Source of the DNA: Chiloscyllium plagiosum
Lineage: Eukaryota
Direction of reading: 5' to 3'
DNA length: 63,961 bases
NCBI RefSeq assembly: GCF_004010195.1
Contig: NC_057740.1
Location: forward strand, 6,902,999-6,966,959
Shown here: positions 1 through 13,846 of the stretch, piece by piece
Numbering within the stretch: the first letter of the stretch is position 1
Layout of the letters: each line of letters begins with the position of its first letter
The notes under the pieces: generated by a model
Databases searched by the model: none
Told to the model about the DNA's origin: nothing
What the model saw: only the letters and a program-made list of their open reading frames with translations
Position numbers and translations under genes: made by a program

Positions 1-2894
1 TATATGTCGTTCTACCCAATAAAAATGTTTCAGTATTGTTGTCTGTGTTTTCCTAATACCTAAGTGATCTATTGTGAGCAATTCATAAAATTTTATTATG
101 CAATTCAGGACTCTGACCTGTTGGATTATTCTTCAGTCCCTCATTAGTATTTTGGCTTTTCAATAACAATATTGAAGTATTAGTACTGACTAAATTTCTG
201 AATAGGCTGTTGATATAAATCTCTCAATTTAGGATGTGTTTGTTGTATTTCTATGAAAGAAGATAGACTAAACAAAGGAACTTCATACTCTTTATCTTTG
301 TCCTTTTCATTTACACTTATGAGTTCAATAACAGAATTTCCAAGTTATCGCCTGTTTACAAGACAATACACACACATCTGCCAGAACTGTTGCTTCTCAG
401 ATCTTTGATATTTGATGCTTATCAAAATAAATTTTTCCATAATCGTAATTTCCCTAACTTGCTCAAAAATTGTTTCTGGGAAACCAGTGTGCCCGTAACA
501 TTTATTTTTCTTTGAAATTCTGAAAATGTCTGACTAGGTAATTAGTAAGTTTCAGGGACAAGCTCATGAGCATTGAGCCTTTTTTTTAGCACTTCCACAA
601 CCTGCACATTACTCTTGTGACAAATTGATGTTCCCCAGTCATAGCTGTACCTATGGTCCAAGCATATTTTGCTATTTTGGCTGCCCATATAGCTTTTCAA
701 ATGAAGTGAAATGTCTTTCTAAATGCTGGGTAATTACTTAAAATCTGTCATCCTTATTTTTTTCTACCTCAAATTTATCTGCTAACTTTCCCAGTTCAGC
801 CTAATTCAGATATTTCAAATAATCCAGTTGCTGCTTCTATTCACAGAAAAATCATGTTTATATTCATTACCATTTCAAAAGTTGAATCCATATAATGGAC
901 TTCACTACACTCTTATTTGTTTCTATGACCACTTTGTACTAATTTCTTTCAAAGAGGTACAGTTCCTTCTTAAGTTCAATGAATATCAATGTGATAAGAC
1001 CTCCACTTGTTATGATTCTAACTGACAGTAATACTGGATAAGCCAGATCCCAGAATGAAGCCAGGTTTGAAACATCAGAAGTTTTAACTTTTGCAGTTGG
1101 TTGTTAAGGTGATTAATCACATACTCACACTACACTTGCAAATGTTCTTTAATAATAAAGTATTGATTTATTACACACAAAAAAACTTATCTCTGGATGA
1201 CATTGAGTCATCTCCTGTCTGTGGCTGAACAGGTACCTAGTCTCTAGCAATCCTCCAAGTGCTAGTGGCCTGAGCCATTTTTTTCCTTGCCCAAATATGG
1301 AGCTGTCAGCATTGTAGGCAATGACCTGATGGTATCATCGCTGGATTGTTAATCCAGAGACTCTGGTAATGTTCTGGGGACCCAGGTTCTTATCCCACCA
1401 TGGCAGAATTTAAATTTAATAAAACTCTGGAAATAAGAGTATAATAATGGCCATGAAGCCATTGCTAATTGTCAAGAAAAACTGATCTGTTTCACTAATA
1501 TCCTTTAGGGAAGGAAACTGCCATTCTAGCCTGGTCTGACAAAAAAAACTGCAGATGCTCGAATCCAAGGTAGATAAGCAGGCGACTGGAAAAACGCAGC
1601 AAGCCAGGGAGTTCCGGAGGTGGAGAAGTCACCGTTTCGGGTATAACCCTTCTTCAAACATAATGTTATCAGGCTGCTACGTCTGTACAAGCCCTGAAGA
1701 AGGGTTTATAGCCAAAACATTGACTTCTCCACCACCTGATGCCGCCTGGCTTGCTGTGTTCTTCTAGCCTCCTGCTTGTCATTCTAATCTGGTCTAGCCT
1801 ACATGTGACTCCAGACCCACTGCAATGTGGTTGACTCTTAACTGCACTCTCTGAAATTAGGGATGGGCAATAAATGCTGGTCTAGCCAGTGATGCCTCAT
1901 CCCATGAATAAATAAACAAAACTGGAGGTTTTTAATAAAAAGGTGTTTGGAATATGGGCCAAACCAAGGCAAACAGGACTAATTTAGTTTACCTGAAGGG
2001 CCTGTTTCCATGCTGTGTGATTCAATGCTATCTTCAGATTCTGTTTGTCGATGAGCAGGGCACCTTCGGAATGCCAGTGTTTATCAAAGATGTAAGATAG
2101 CAGGCATCAGTGTTTCAGCAGAAAACTGCCAAGTGCTAAGTTGTTCCATGCAAATACTGAGAGACACCATAGGGGCAGGGCAAGAAATTACTGCGGAGAG
2201 TTTGATAAAGATGCAGATACAGCAATTAGAAAAGCAATTGAAAATTTGGATTGTATTTTAAGGAAATGGACAATAAAGGAAACTGCACCATTCTGGGTTA
2301 TGGTGAAACTCTTAATAAAAGTATTCTATGTAGTTTCGTCTCCTTTTTGAATAAAAGCTGTATTTGCATTGGACTATTATTTCACTGCAGGGGGAGTCTA
2401 GACTAGAGGACAAGATTAAAATCAAAGGGTTTCCCATTAAAGATGGTGATTAGAAATTACTTCTCTTGGAGGGTCATTGTTCTTTTCCTGAAAATGCAGG
2501 AGAGGTTCAGTTATTTAATATATTCCAGGCTGAATTAAACAGATTTTTGACAACCAGGGAGTCAAGGTTAGAATTTTGGAGAGTGGGCAAGAAAATGAAG
2601 TTAAGGTCTCAGTCATGATCTTATTGCAGGGTAGAGCAGGCTCAAGGTCCCAATGTCTTGTTCATGTTCATTTCTTACATTGTTCCCCATTCTGTTCATG
2701 TGCAAACAGTCTGTCTTGTTCAGGCCTAGCAGTCTGATAACATTAACACTATGTTTGAAAGTGAAGTATTTCAATCTGAAGCAAGGATGTTAAATTTTAA
2801 GAAGCAAAATTACGAAGACGTGAGGAACAAATTTGCCGAGGTGGATTGCAAAAGTACAAGAGAAGGCATTACCGTGCAAAGGCATGAGATCATA

Positions 2895-5060
2895 TGATAT
2901 GTAGCAGAATTAGGACATTTGGCCCATCAAGTCTGCTCGATCATGGCTGATGTGCTTTTCACCCCCATTTTTCTGCCTGTTCCAGCATCCACTGCACTTC
3001 AGGGTAGTGAATTCCACAGCTGCACAACACTTTGGGAGAAGTCATTTCTCCTCAACTCTGTCTTAAATTTGCTACCCCTTATCCTAAGACTATGACCTCT
3101 CGTCCTAGAATGCCCCACAAGAGGAAGTATCCGCTCCATGTCTATTTTATCCATACCTTTTCTCATCTTGAATACCTCAACTTGATCTCCCTTTATTCTT
3201 CCAAATTCCTAAGAATATAGGCCTAAACTATTCAATCTCTCTTTGTATGACAATCCCCTTTTTTGGAATCAGGAGAAAGTGAAGACTGCAGATGCTGGAA
3301 AAGTACAGCCAGTCAGGCAGCATTGAGGAACAGGAGAATAGCCGTTCCAAGCATAAGCTCTTCATCAGGAATGTTTCATCAGTTATGCTCGAAATGTCAA
3401 CTCTCCTGCTCCTCAAATGCTGTCTGACCTGCTGTGCTTTTCTAGCACCACACTTTTTGACCCTTCTCTGGAATCTGGCGAATCTCCTCTGAACTGCTTC
3501 CTTTGCCACTACATCTTTCCTCAAATAAGGGGACTAAAACTGTGCATCGTATTCCAGGTACAGTCTCACCAAAGCCTTGTTTGGTTGCAACAATACTTCC
3601 TTACATTTATATTCTAAACCTTTAGCTATAAAAGCCAACATTCCATTTGTTTTCTTTATTATCTGCTGCACCTACATGCTAGTGTTCTGTCACTCATGAA
3701 TGAGGACACCCAGATCCCTTTGCATGGGAGCATCCTGAAGTCTCTCCCCATTTAGATAATAGGTCACCATCCCATTTTCCAACCAAAATGTATGATTGTA
3801 CACATATCCTCGTTAAACTCCATAAGCCACATTTTGACCCACTCTCCTAACCTATCTATATCCATTTGTAAGGTTCTTATTTGCTCATTGCAGTTTACCA
3901 TGCTGCCTATTTTTGTGTTGCCTGCAAATTTGTCTTTAGAACTTTCTTTCCTCATATCAAAGTCATTAATGTAGATTGCAAATAGCTGGGGTCCAAGGAC
4001 TGAAACGTGTTGCACCCCACCAGTTACTTCTTGCCATCCAGAAAAAAAAAACATTTATCCCAATTCTCTGTCTTCTGTCCATTAGCCAGTCAAATTCAAG
4101 CATAATAAATTATGCCCAATGCCATATAATCCAATGTTGTGAATTAACCTTTTGTGTGGCACCTTATCAAATGCCTTCCAGAAGTCTAGATATATTATAT
4201 CTACAGGATACTTTATCTATTTTGCTTGTTACATCTTCGAAGAACTCTAGTAAATTAGTAAAACATGAGTTGCCCTTCATAAAACCATGCTGACTCTGAT
4301 GCATAACATTTTGACTTTCCACATGTCCTGATACTGCTTTCGTGATAACTGATTCTAACACTTTCCTAACAATTGATGTTAGACTAACTGGTCTGTAATT
4401 TCCCACATATTGCTTCCCTCCCTTTTTGAATAAGACCCTTACATTAACATTTTTCCAATCCACTGGAACCTTGCCTGTATCTTGTAACCAATGGATCCAT
4501 TATCTCCACCACTGCTTTGTTTAATATCCTAGGATGTAGCAACTTGGAGATAGCGAGGACTACTGATGTTGGAAAGTCAAAGAATCGATAAAGGTAAACT
4601 CTCTTCCCTTTTAAAAAGCCATAGATGCTTTTGCAATTTTTTTAAATATTTTGTGCTAGTTTTCTTTCATAATTTACCTTAGTTCTTTTTATTAATTTTT
4701 TAGTATCCCTTTGTTTATGTTTGAAAGTTTCCTAATCTTACAGCCTGCCGCTAAACTTTACAATATGGTAAATCTTAGTTTTTAACTTGATATTGCCCCA
4801 AACCTTGTTGAGTAGCCATGGATTTTTTTTAACCACCGCCCTCCACCCCAACCACTATCTTTCATCTTCACTGGGATATGTTTTAGTTGTGAGGAATTGA
4901 GGAGCTTCTTAAATAACTGCCACTGCTCATACCTTTTTAGCATTCCTGCCCAAACTGCTTGGGCCAAAACTGTCCTCATGTCTATGTAATTTCCTTTGTT
5001 TCACTCCCGAACACTACTGTGGGACTCCACTTTCTCACCCCCAAACTGAACTTTGATTTC
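2895..5060 (-). mobile_element. Degenerate CR1-like LINE
   Basis: NYRPVSLTSIV, QHGFMKG and LGPQLFAIYIND motifs. Confidence 0.8.
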
Positions 5061-5099
5061 TATTATCTATCTTTAAAAAATATGATGTGTTTTTCAGCA

Positions 5100-6740
5100 A
5101 CCATAAATTCATTCAAGGTGCAAAAACTCGTAAAAGGTCAGTCAACTGTAGCTAACAAAGGAAGTTCAGGATTGTATAAGATAAAAAGAAGAGATCTATA
5201 AATCTGTCAGACTCAGTTAGTCTGAGGATTGCATTGTTTATAGAATACAGCAAAGGAAGACAATAAACTGATTTTTAAAATGGAGAAAATAGAATATTAA
5301 TGCAATCTGGTTTAAAAAAACAACATATAAAGGAAATGTTTGGCCAAAATGAATGTGGATCTATTACCGGCAAATTCAGGAGAATTTATAATAGAGCATA
5401 AAAATAGCAGAGAAGTTCAATAATTATCTGCTGTCTGTTTTCCTTGAGGAAAAAACAAGGAATCTCCCAGAACTAGATAGCTAAGTGGCTATTGAAGGAA
5501 ATTTGTGTCAGTAAGAAGATTGTACTGGAGAAGTTAATGGGGTTGCAAGTTGATAAATCCCAGGATCTGCTGTTCTACATCTGAAAGTGTTGAAGGAGTC
5601 AGCTATAGAGATAGTTGATGTATTGATTATCATCTTCCAAACTCTTATAAATTGTGGAATGATTCCTGCAGGAGGGAAGGTAACAATGTCACGTGCTTGT
5701 GAAATACCAGGTGAGAAAAAGAGATGAGTAAAGAACTGTTAGTCTTGTACCAATAATAAGAAAAGAAGATAGAATCTATTGGAAAGGATGGGAGAATTAG
5801 ACACTTGGATGGCAATCATCTCTTTGAGAATTGTCACCATGAATTTGCAAATGGAAAATTGCGTTTGATGAACTTATTTGAGGTTTTTACAAGTGTACAA
5901 AAAATGGACATGGTATATTTAGATTTTCAGAAGGCTGTTCATAAAGTCTCCTATAGAAGGCTATTAGAAACTTTGGAGTAGGTGGTATGAATTAACGATT
6001 GGCGAACAGATAGCAAACAGAGAATAAATCGGTCAATCTGACATTAGCAGGCTGTGGGTCGGGGGGTACTGCAAGGATCAGTACTTGGGCCCCGGCTGTT
6101 CACAACATATATCAATAATTTTGACATGGGGACCAAATGTAATGTTTCCAAATTTGCAGATGATACTAAGCTAAGTGGGAATATATGTTATGGAGAAGGT
6201 ATAACGTGACTTCAGAAAGATTTGGACAGGCTTAGATAATGAGCAAGAACAGGGAATATAACGTGGAAAATATGAGGTATTCCACCCTGGTAATCACAAT
6301 TGATATATAGAGTATTTCTTAAATTATAACAGGTTGAAAAGTGTAGAAGTACAAAGGGACATAGGTGTTCTGGTTGATAAGTTACTAAAGGCTAACATGC
6401 AAGTGCAGCAAGTTATTAAGATGGCTAATGGAATGTTAGCCTTCATTGCAAGTGGAATTGAGTACAGGAAAAGTGAAAACTTTATTCAATTGTATAGGAG
6501 TTTGGTTAGACCATACCTGGAATAGTATGTGCAATTTTGGACTCCCTAAACTTCACAAGATATTATTACCTTGAAGAGGGGCTGTTGAAACTCCAATTTG
6601 TGTAAATTGAGGTAGAGATTGACAGATTTCTAATTATGGTCGTGAGCTGGATAAAAGTCGTTGAAATGTTTAATCAGTCATGATTGTATTGAATGGCAGG
6701 GCAGGCTAGATGGGCCGAGTGGCCCACTACTGTGTCCCGA
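5100..6740 (+). mobile_element. Degenerate CR1-like LINE
   Basis: RT remnants (tttgcagatgatactaag; QLYRSLVRPYLE). Confidence 0.75.
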
Positions 6741-8070
6741 TATCTACACTCAATGTCCCAGCATTCCCTCTCTCCTGCATCCTTTCTTCATCTTCTCTCC
6801 TGTGTACTATTCTTCAATTTCCATGCTCACTGGTGCATGGCACTAGGAGTCATCCAGAAAATGCAGCCCTTGAAGTCCTTCTTATTTAATCCTTACCCAG
6901 CTTTCTAAACTCTGTCTGCAGAACCACATCCTTCTATCTGATGATGTCATTAGTACTGTGATGGGATATGACCTCTGGCAGTTACACACCCTCTCTCAGT
7001 TTGCAACTGCTCAATGGCAGTCTTGACCCTTACACCAAAGAGACAAAGCACCATCCTGAAATCAGGGCTGGAGGCAAAGAAAAGCTCATCTGTTTTCCAA
7101 AGTATAGAACCATGTATCATTAATTCTTTCTAACCTTCCATACAAACCCTGTACACTGAACCACATTATGGATATGGCTCTGGCTGCATTTCCCAGAGGA
7201 GCAATGGGGTCAACATGTGACTTAATGGGTGATACTTCCACGCATCTGCTTATCCAGTGACACCATGGGACTGCAGCTCAGTTAAGAGGACACCTGCTGT
7301 TTGAGTCCTGAAATTCTGGATACAAACCCCAGTTGAGAATTTGAGCATCAAGCCATGGCTGTACTGAGGAGCTGTACTGAGGCTGTGCTGCTTTGTTGGG
7401 AGTGCTGTCCTGCACTTGCATTATTTGGAGGCTGCAACTGCCTGCTTGCACAGATTAAAAAGAACAATCCTTGTTAATATCTGGGAGTTCCTGTCCAAAG
7501 ATGTACAAGTTAGGTGGATGAGCCATGGAAAGTGCAGTGTTAGTGGAATAGGGTGAGGGGGATGGGGGTGGTTGAGTTTGGATGGGCTGCGCAAAGAGTC
7601 AGTGTGGACTTGTTGGGCTGAATGGCTTGTTTCCACACTGTAGAGTTTCCATGTCATGTAACTCGACAGTCCAAATGTATGGAGGGATACATTTGTTATG
7701 TATCCCTCCAGAGAAATGGAAACTCGTTAATCTCAAAACTTTTCATTGTACATTACAGAGCAATAGAATTATCAGCCTGATGCTGTTGGCTGATCATAAA
7801 CTCACATGAAATCCAGCATGGGGTGTTGAGCAAAGCACCCACATGAACTGAAATTATTGATTGGAGCCTGGTCCATGAAACTCTAAATGGGAAATTGAAC
7901 AGAACCTGCCTCAGGCACAAACACAATACAGCAGAATCACACAGAGCAAAACAGGAACACAAAATGCAGCAGACTCCAGAGGAAGAGGATGAGTAATGGT
8001 GAAGGGGTGGAAGGTAAGTGACTTTTTCTGCCTAAATTAGACAGCAAACACATATGAAACTTCCAAATAT

Positions 8071-8393
8071 TTAACAGCCGGATTGTGAGACTGTTGCGAT
8101 TGTTTCTGAAGCTGCTCCTTGTTGCACTGTGCAGGAGTACACCTTCCCACTGCTCCAATCACGGTCAGGGACGGTCAGGTAGCTGCTGAGACTGAAGCTG
8201 TTGTCCAGGTCACGGGACACCACGCTGGCTTGGACCTCACTGCTCGTCGGACTCCCATCCACTGTCCAGCTGACTACAGCAAAGCCCATGGACAGTTTGC
8301 TGACCAGACAAACTAATGTGCCTGCCCCTTTACTGGACATCATCTCATCTGAAGGCCCAAGCAGTTTTACTTAAGGGTCAGGGAGTTGCTGAG
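8071..8393 (-). pseudogene. Ig light chain C exon, cluster 1, pseudogene
   Basis: Near-identical to C2 but TCA>TAA stop at 8371-8373 (8th codon of the exon). Confidence 0.88.
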
Positions 8394-9901
8394 CTGCAAG
8401 AGAAAAGACAATGTTTGCATACAAAGTTAGCAAAGAATATAGCATCATTTCAGTTTAATAAGAACAGGTTTGAGATGTTGCAGCTTCCAGAATTGGGCCT
8501 CAGAAGGTTATTGTGGGAGTGAGGATCCCTCGATTAAGATTATTGAGATTTGTGACAATAGAAAGTACTAATTTTGATGTAAAAACAATTGTCCTGGTGA
8601 CTCTGAATGTCAGCATCATTCACTGTGGGGAATCCACTTCCGTCTCAATGGTTGTATATGGATCTGTGCTAAGTTGGTTGATCCTAAGTTGGTTCATCAG
8701 GGATACTGCTGTTGATCTCAATATCCGTGTTTGAAGGGTGAGGGATTCTGGAGATCATTGCTGATTGAAAGCCAATGATGATTCTGTGCTCCTTCAATGC
8801 CAGCCACAGGCATTCAGGAATAAATGTACCTCAATCTCTCCACAGCTCTGACTGAAAGCTCCAGGTGTGTGTGGTCCTGAGCTCTACAGACTAATGAGCA
8901 ACAGGACATGGAATGGTCTATGAGGATGCTCCAATTAGCCCATTCAAGGTGAGAAGAACAAAAGAACTTCTTGCTTGATCTTCAATGATCCTTTCTCCAG
9001 CTCAATACCTCCTCCTCCTCCCGCCCCCCCCCCCAATCTTTTTTCCCACAGAGTCCTCTGAATGGGGAAAGGCTGCTGGCAGTGTACACAATGCTGCAAC
9101 GTTAACTCCTGGCACAAGTTCAATGTCAACATGACATCCAGCAGCAGCTCACAGTGAGCGAGTGGTGAAGGCTCTGGTCTGAGGTGTCAGTACTGAAACT
9201 CAACATAAATCCGGCAAGCCCTTTCATTGTACTGTCACTCCTGCCATAGTCCAGCGACAGAGTGATTCGGGTCTGAGACCACCATCTCAGTGAATTCACC
9301 TCAGAACCTGAGCTCCAGCCTGAGAACGTGCAAAACCTAAATCAAAGCAACAAGTCTCCAAGGAGCAATGAGAGCAAAGGATAGCAATGAAGGAAAGGGA
9401 GCGGAGGGAGAGTTCCAGCATGTATTGGGAGAATGTGAGGAGGTGAAAACTAAAGGCCGAACAAATGAGGTACGAAGGGAGAATTATTTGGAAAATGCCT
9501 TAAATTCTTCCAATTTGGCCTTTGACCTAACACTTCCTTACGTGGTATGGTAACATTCAGTTTGATATTTCTACATGTACGTCCTGGGGACAGTTCTTCT
9601 ATATTAAAAAGGTGCCATATTAATACAAGTGATTACGTTGAGCGAGGTGGGACTTCCTTGCTCAAGGAGAAGGCAAGACACAAAATAAGCAATGGTATGG
9701 TCATCGTCAGAATCATTAGAAATTGAAGCTAGAGAATGAAAGAGTCCCTCGTGTGTATGTGACAAGAAAGTGCTCTTAAAGAAACTAGAAACATTAGATG
9801 GTTTGCAGCAAACAACCTGCCCCAGAAATGGAAAGGAGAAAAGCTGAGGAAGGATTGGAGATGGAACGTCTGAAGGCAAGAGAATTGTTGAAGGATCAAG
9901 T

Positions 9902-12900
9902 TGTAGTGACTGTAACGAGGTCAGTCAGATGGACCTCAGAATATGAGTTCCCTTATTGGAGCTGTTAATCCGGTCCAATTCGGGAAATATGGCTGACAGA
10001 TATAGACTGGTGCATCAGAGGTTCGGTTCACTCAGTGCTGGCTCTGAGAAAGTCAGACTAGCGACAAGTACTATGCACCTGTAAATAAAAGGTGATGTGA
10101 TACCAGCCTCTGTGGAGTTATGCGACAAGACTGTGATTAATAATGTAACCATACAAAAGTGCTTGCAACCTAAAGATTAAGTGGATTCAAACAGGCACTA
10201 CAACTGGCTTTGTTATTAGAAAATGAAGGATGTGGCGCGTAAGAGTTACAGGGGAGATCCATGGACTTGCCAGGCCGACTAAACTTTGAGAGAGCACTGG
10301 AGTGAAGGCAATAGCACAGCCTCACTCAGGACATATCCTGAACAGAGGGACTATGGGTCAGCCCACAGGAAAACCCTAAAACAGTGGCAATCCTCAGCCA
10401 AATAGTTAACATTTTTCAAGGATCCGGGCTGGCAGGCCATTATAGTTGCTGCTATTATGCAAACTCGAGACAGCATCAGATTTCTGCTAGACCTGAATTG
10501 AGTAAAACAACTCAGGTTGGTATCCAAGAGAGTGCACACCCTGGAAAGCCCACCTACCTTTGGTTTGGAACAATTAAATTGCTTAGCAACATCCAAATCA
10601 GAACCAAAATGTCTGGTTGAATGGTCACCTGGTTCTAATGGAGATTGATAACGGCGCAGCTATATCCGTGATTGCAAACCAGTCTTTAACAAATGAATGC
10701 TCTAGACTCCAACTCTTAAGTTTGCATAAGATCTCAGCTAGATTGAGATCCTATACTAGGGAACCTTTGCAGATTAAGGGTACAACAGCGGTTCGGGTCT
10801 TGTATGATGGTGCAAAATTAGTTGAGAAAGATTCATCTTGATTGGCTCAACATTTTTCGATTAGAAATGGCTGCCTGAGTGAAATCCTAAGAAGACACCT
10901 GGACATTTTTCAGGAAGGACTAGGAACTGTCAAAAGAGCAGCGGCCACTTTGCATCTTGACCAGGAAGCAATTCCACAATTCTGCAAGGCCTGCCCAGTC
11001 CTATTTGCCTTACGGGCAGAAGTAGTGGCTGAAATCAGGAGGCTGCAATGCGAAGGAATCGAGCCAGTGCAGTTTGAGGAATGGGCAGTACCGATTGTGA
11101 AGCCCAGTGAGTAGATTCGCCTTTGTAGGGATTTTAAATAAATAGTAAAGCGCTTCTTACAGCTGGATAAAAACATAATCCCTCACAGAGGGTTTATACA
11201 CAAATCTGGCAGGGGCTGTCTATAATGAAGCTGGACATAGCCATGTGTAATGCAACTGCAGTTAGATGAGGATTCCCAGACAAATGCCCAATTAATTCTC
11301 AAAAGCATTTGTACCAATACATGAGACTGTCAATTGGGGCATCATAAGCCTGTGTAATGTATTAGTGGACGAGAAAGAAAATTTTATATGATCTACCCCA
11401 GGTTTCCATTTATCTGGAATGATGTGCTAATAAAAGGGAAGACCAATAAAGAGCACTAGAGAACTTGGACATTGTCCTTAGATGTTTCCCCAAGATGGGA
11501 ATATGCCTTAAAAGGGGAAAATGTGTGCTTTGGGCATGCCAAGTGACCTACTTGGGCTACACCCATTGGAAGATAGTGAAGGCAATCAAAAGAGGCCCAG
11601 CTCCCACATCTGTTCCTTGGATTGGTGAGGTATTACAGAGAGTTCATACATAGCCTGGCCTCATCCTGGCACCCTTCTATCTGCTATGGGAAAATGGTCA
11701 CGCTTGGAAATGGTCTCGTAGCCAAGACGTAGCCTTTAGGGAAGTGAAGGAGCAGTTATCATCGGCCAAGGTGTTAGCACATTATGATGCCAAGTGAGAT
11801 CTGGTGCTGATGGGCAGTGCCTCCCTGTAGAGTATCAGGGTAGTGTTAGCTCGCAGATGGCCCAATGCAGAGGAATGCCCAATCGGGTATGCTTCCTGGA
11901 CTGTGGCTGATGCAGAGCACAAATACACCCAGATAGAGAAGGAAGGTATGGCGGTCATCTTTGGTGTGAGAAAGTTGTATCGATATCTATACAACACAAA
12001 TTTGTAATACTAACAGACCACCAACCCTTGGTAGGGCTACTCGAGGAGGATAAGGCAGTGCCACCATAGCTTCAGCTCGAATTCAGCATTGGACTCAGTC
12101 TAGGTGCATACAATTACACTGTGCGGAGGCCAAGTAGAAAGTGCGGATGCATTGAGCCGCCTCCCACTGGTACATATACGAATGGTAGTGCTGTCACTGG
12201 AAGAGTCCGTTCTGGCTTTAAACTTTCTGGAGTCCCTTCCAGCCATCGCTGTAAATATTGGAACGTGGACACAAAAAGATCCCGTTCTGGAAAAATATAA
12301 CAGCTGGCGGCAATGGGGGAAACATCAAAAGGGTCATCACAACCAGAACTGAAACTTCCCTGGACTCGGTGAGACCAGATCACTGTAGAGGATGGTATTT
12401 TATTATGGGGAGTGTAAGGGATTGTCCCGAGCAAAGGTTCTCATCCATTACTGGCTGAACTCCACCAGAAACATCCAGGGGTGTACAAAATGATGATGTT
12501 GATGAGAGGTTATGTCTGGTGGCCAGGATTTAATGCAGACATAGCCATGGTCATAGACAATGGGTCATCATTTTCCAGCAGGATATTCCTAAAGTTGAAT
12601 GGCATTGGCACACCAGGACAGCTCCATACCATCCATTGTCCAATAGTCTGGAAGAAAGAGCCATCCAAACTTTGAAGATAAGCTTTAAGAAACAGCTTCC
12701 ACCTTCACACATTACAAAACTGTCCCAGGTCCTATTTAATTATCTGACCACCCCTCGTAAACTCCAGGAATAGCTCCAACAGAGTTGCTATTGGGGAGAA
12801 GACACCACACCAGGTTAAATCTGATCTTCATGGACCTGGGCAAGAGGGAAAACAAGGAAGTGAAACAGTAGCAGGAACACCAATGCTTGACACAGACTCT

Positions 12901-13612
12901 GCTAAGCGAGAGACAGTTTACATGTGGATGCCGCAGCCTCAGCACCTTTACCATCTGAAGAAAAGGAGCAATTTCTTCCATCATGCTCCGGGTGCGAGAG
13001 TCAGGCTGCATATCTGGGGCTGAGTCGGAGTAACTGGACCCGGTGGGTAAACGCCCCTAAAAACGGTATGAGAAAATGAACAAGTCTGTCCTGGACTGAG
13101 AGGGGGATGGATGTAATCATGGTTGACAGGTATAAACAGGAGTGTTCCCCCTCCAATTTTATTTTGATTTAATCCCTGACCTCGCCTTCACTGTTTGATC
13201 ACACAACATTGCCCTTTGATGTGAAGGGCCCTGCTTGTCACTGGCCACTCGGGTGTTTCTTTGCTTCCTGGTGGTGGAAACTGAATAAAGATTCGTGCAC
13301 CTTGTGTCTTTCATTGTGTCTTACACTTGCACACACACAACATGGGTGCTGGGGAATAAATAAGCACTACCACAGTTTAGTGTGGGGGTAAAAATTAAAA
13401 AAAAATAAACAGAAGTGTCAGAGATTCTGTTCACTCAGATGCTGCCTCTTGAGGAAGCTGGATCAGTTTGCGAAGGATCCTCCTTGTATCAAGAGAGAAA
13501 AAAAAATTAAACAGGAGTACCGGTTCTACTCTCCCACTTCACTTTGTTTTCCCCATTAGCATTTCCCCTATCGGGTTTTGCTTGTCACTGGTTCCCTGGC
13601 CACACGGGTGCC
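9902..13612 (+). mobile_element. Degenerate Gypsy (Ty3-like) LTR retrotransposon in the J1-C1 intron
   Basis: TG-start LTR at 9902; protease-like MEIDNGAAISV, RT/RNaseH remnants, ADALSRLP and GYVWWPG integrase zinc-finger-like motifs; PPT gagagggggatgga before the 3' LTR (~13112). Confidence 0.85.
13146..13507 (+). mobile_element. Poly(A)-tailed non-LTR-type insertion(s) in the Gypsy 3' LTR, cluster 1
   Basis: AATAAA and A-tails followed by repeats of the target taaacag(g/a)agt at 13133, 13406 and 13508. Confidence 0.65.
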
Positions 13613-13809
13613 TTGAACTAAGCTAATGTCAGAAACAGCACAAACTCAGGTAGCACCAAGAGTGATTGTTCTGCTTCTGCTGCGAGACTCTGGAGAAACA
13701 ACCAACATTTTCACTCAGGTTAAGAAATAGGCATGAGGAAATAATCAAGTTTCATCAAGTGTCGAAATTCACACAGTTAGTATCCACAGAGGAATTCCCA
13801 GCCACTTAC

Positions 13810-13846
13810 CTGCAAAAAAGAGCTTGGTCTCTTGCCCAAACACACA
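13810..13846 (-). pseudogene. Defective J segment, cluster 1 (CVFGQETKLFFA)
   Basis: FGQG changed to FGQE; RSS spacer disrupted; donor intact. Confidence 0.8.

Noticed and set aside
9150-9156. Isolated CACAGTG in the J1-C1 intron as a kappa-deleting-type heptamer or relic V end
   Set aside because: No nonamer at 12 or 23 bp, absent from clusters 2 and 3, and no convincing V-domain translation upstream
13131-13520. CRISPR-like repeat-spacer array (recurring aaacaggagtg)
   Set aside because: Few repeats, irregular long spacers with poly(A) tails and a eukaryotic context; better explained as TSDs of site-specific retrotransposition
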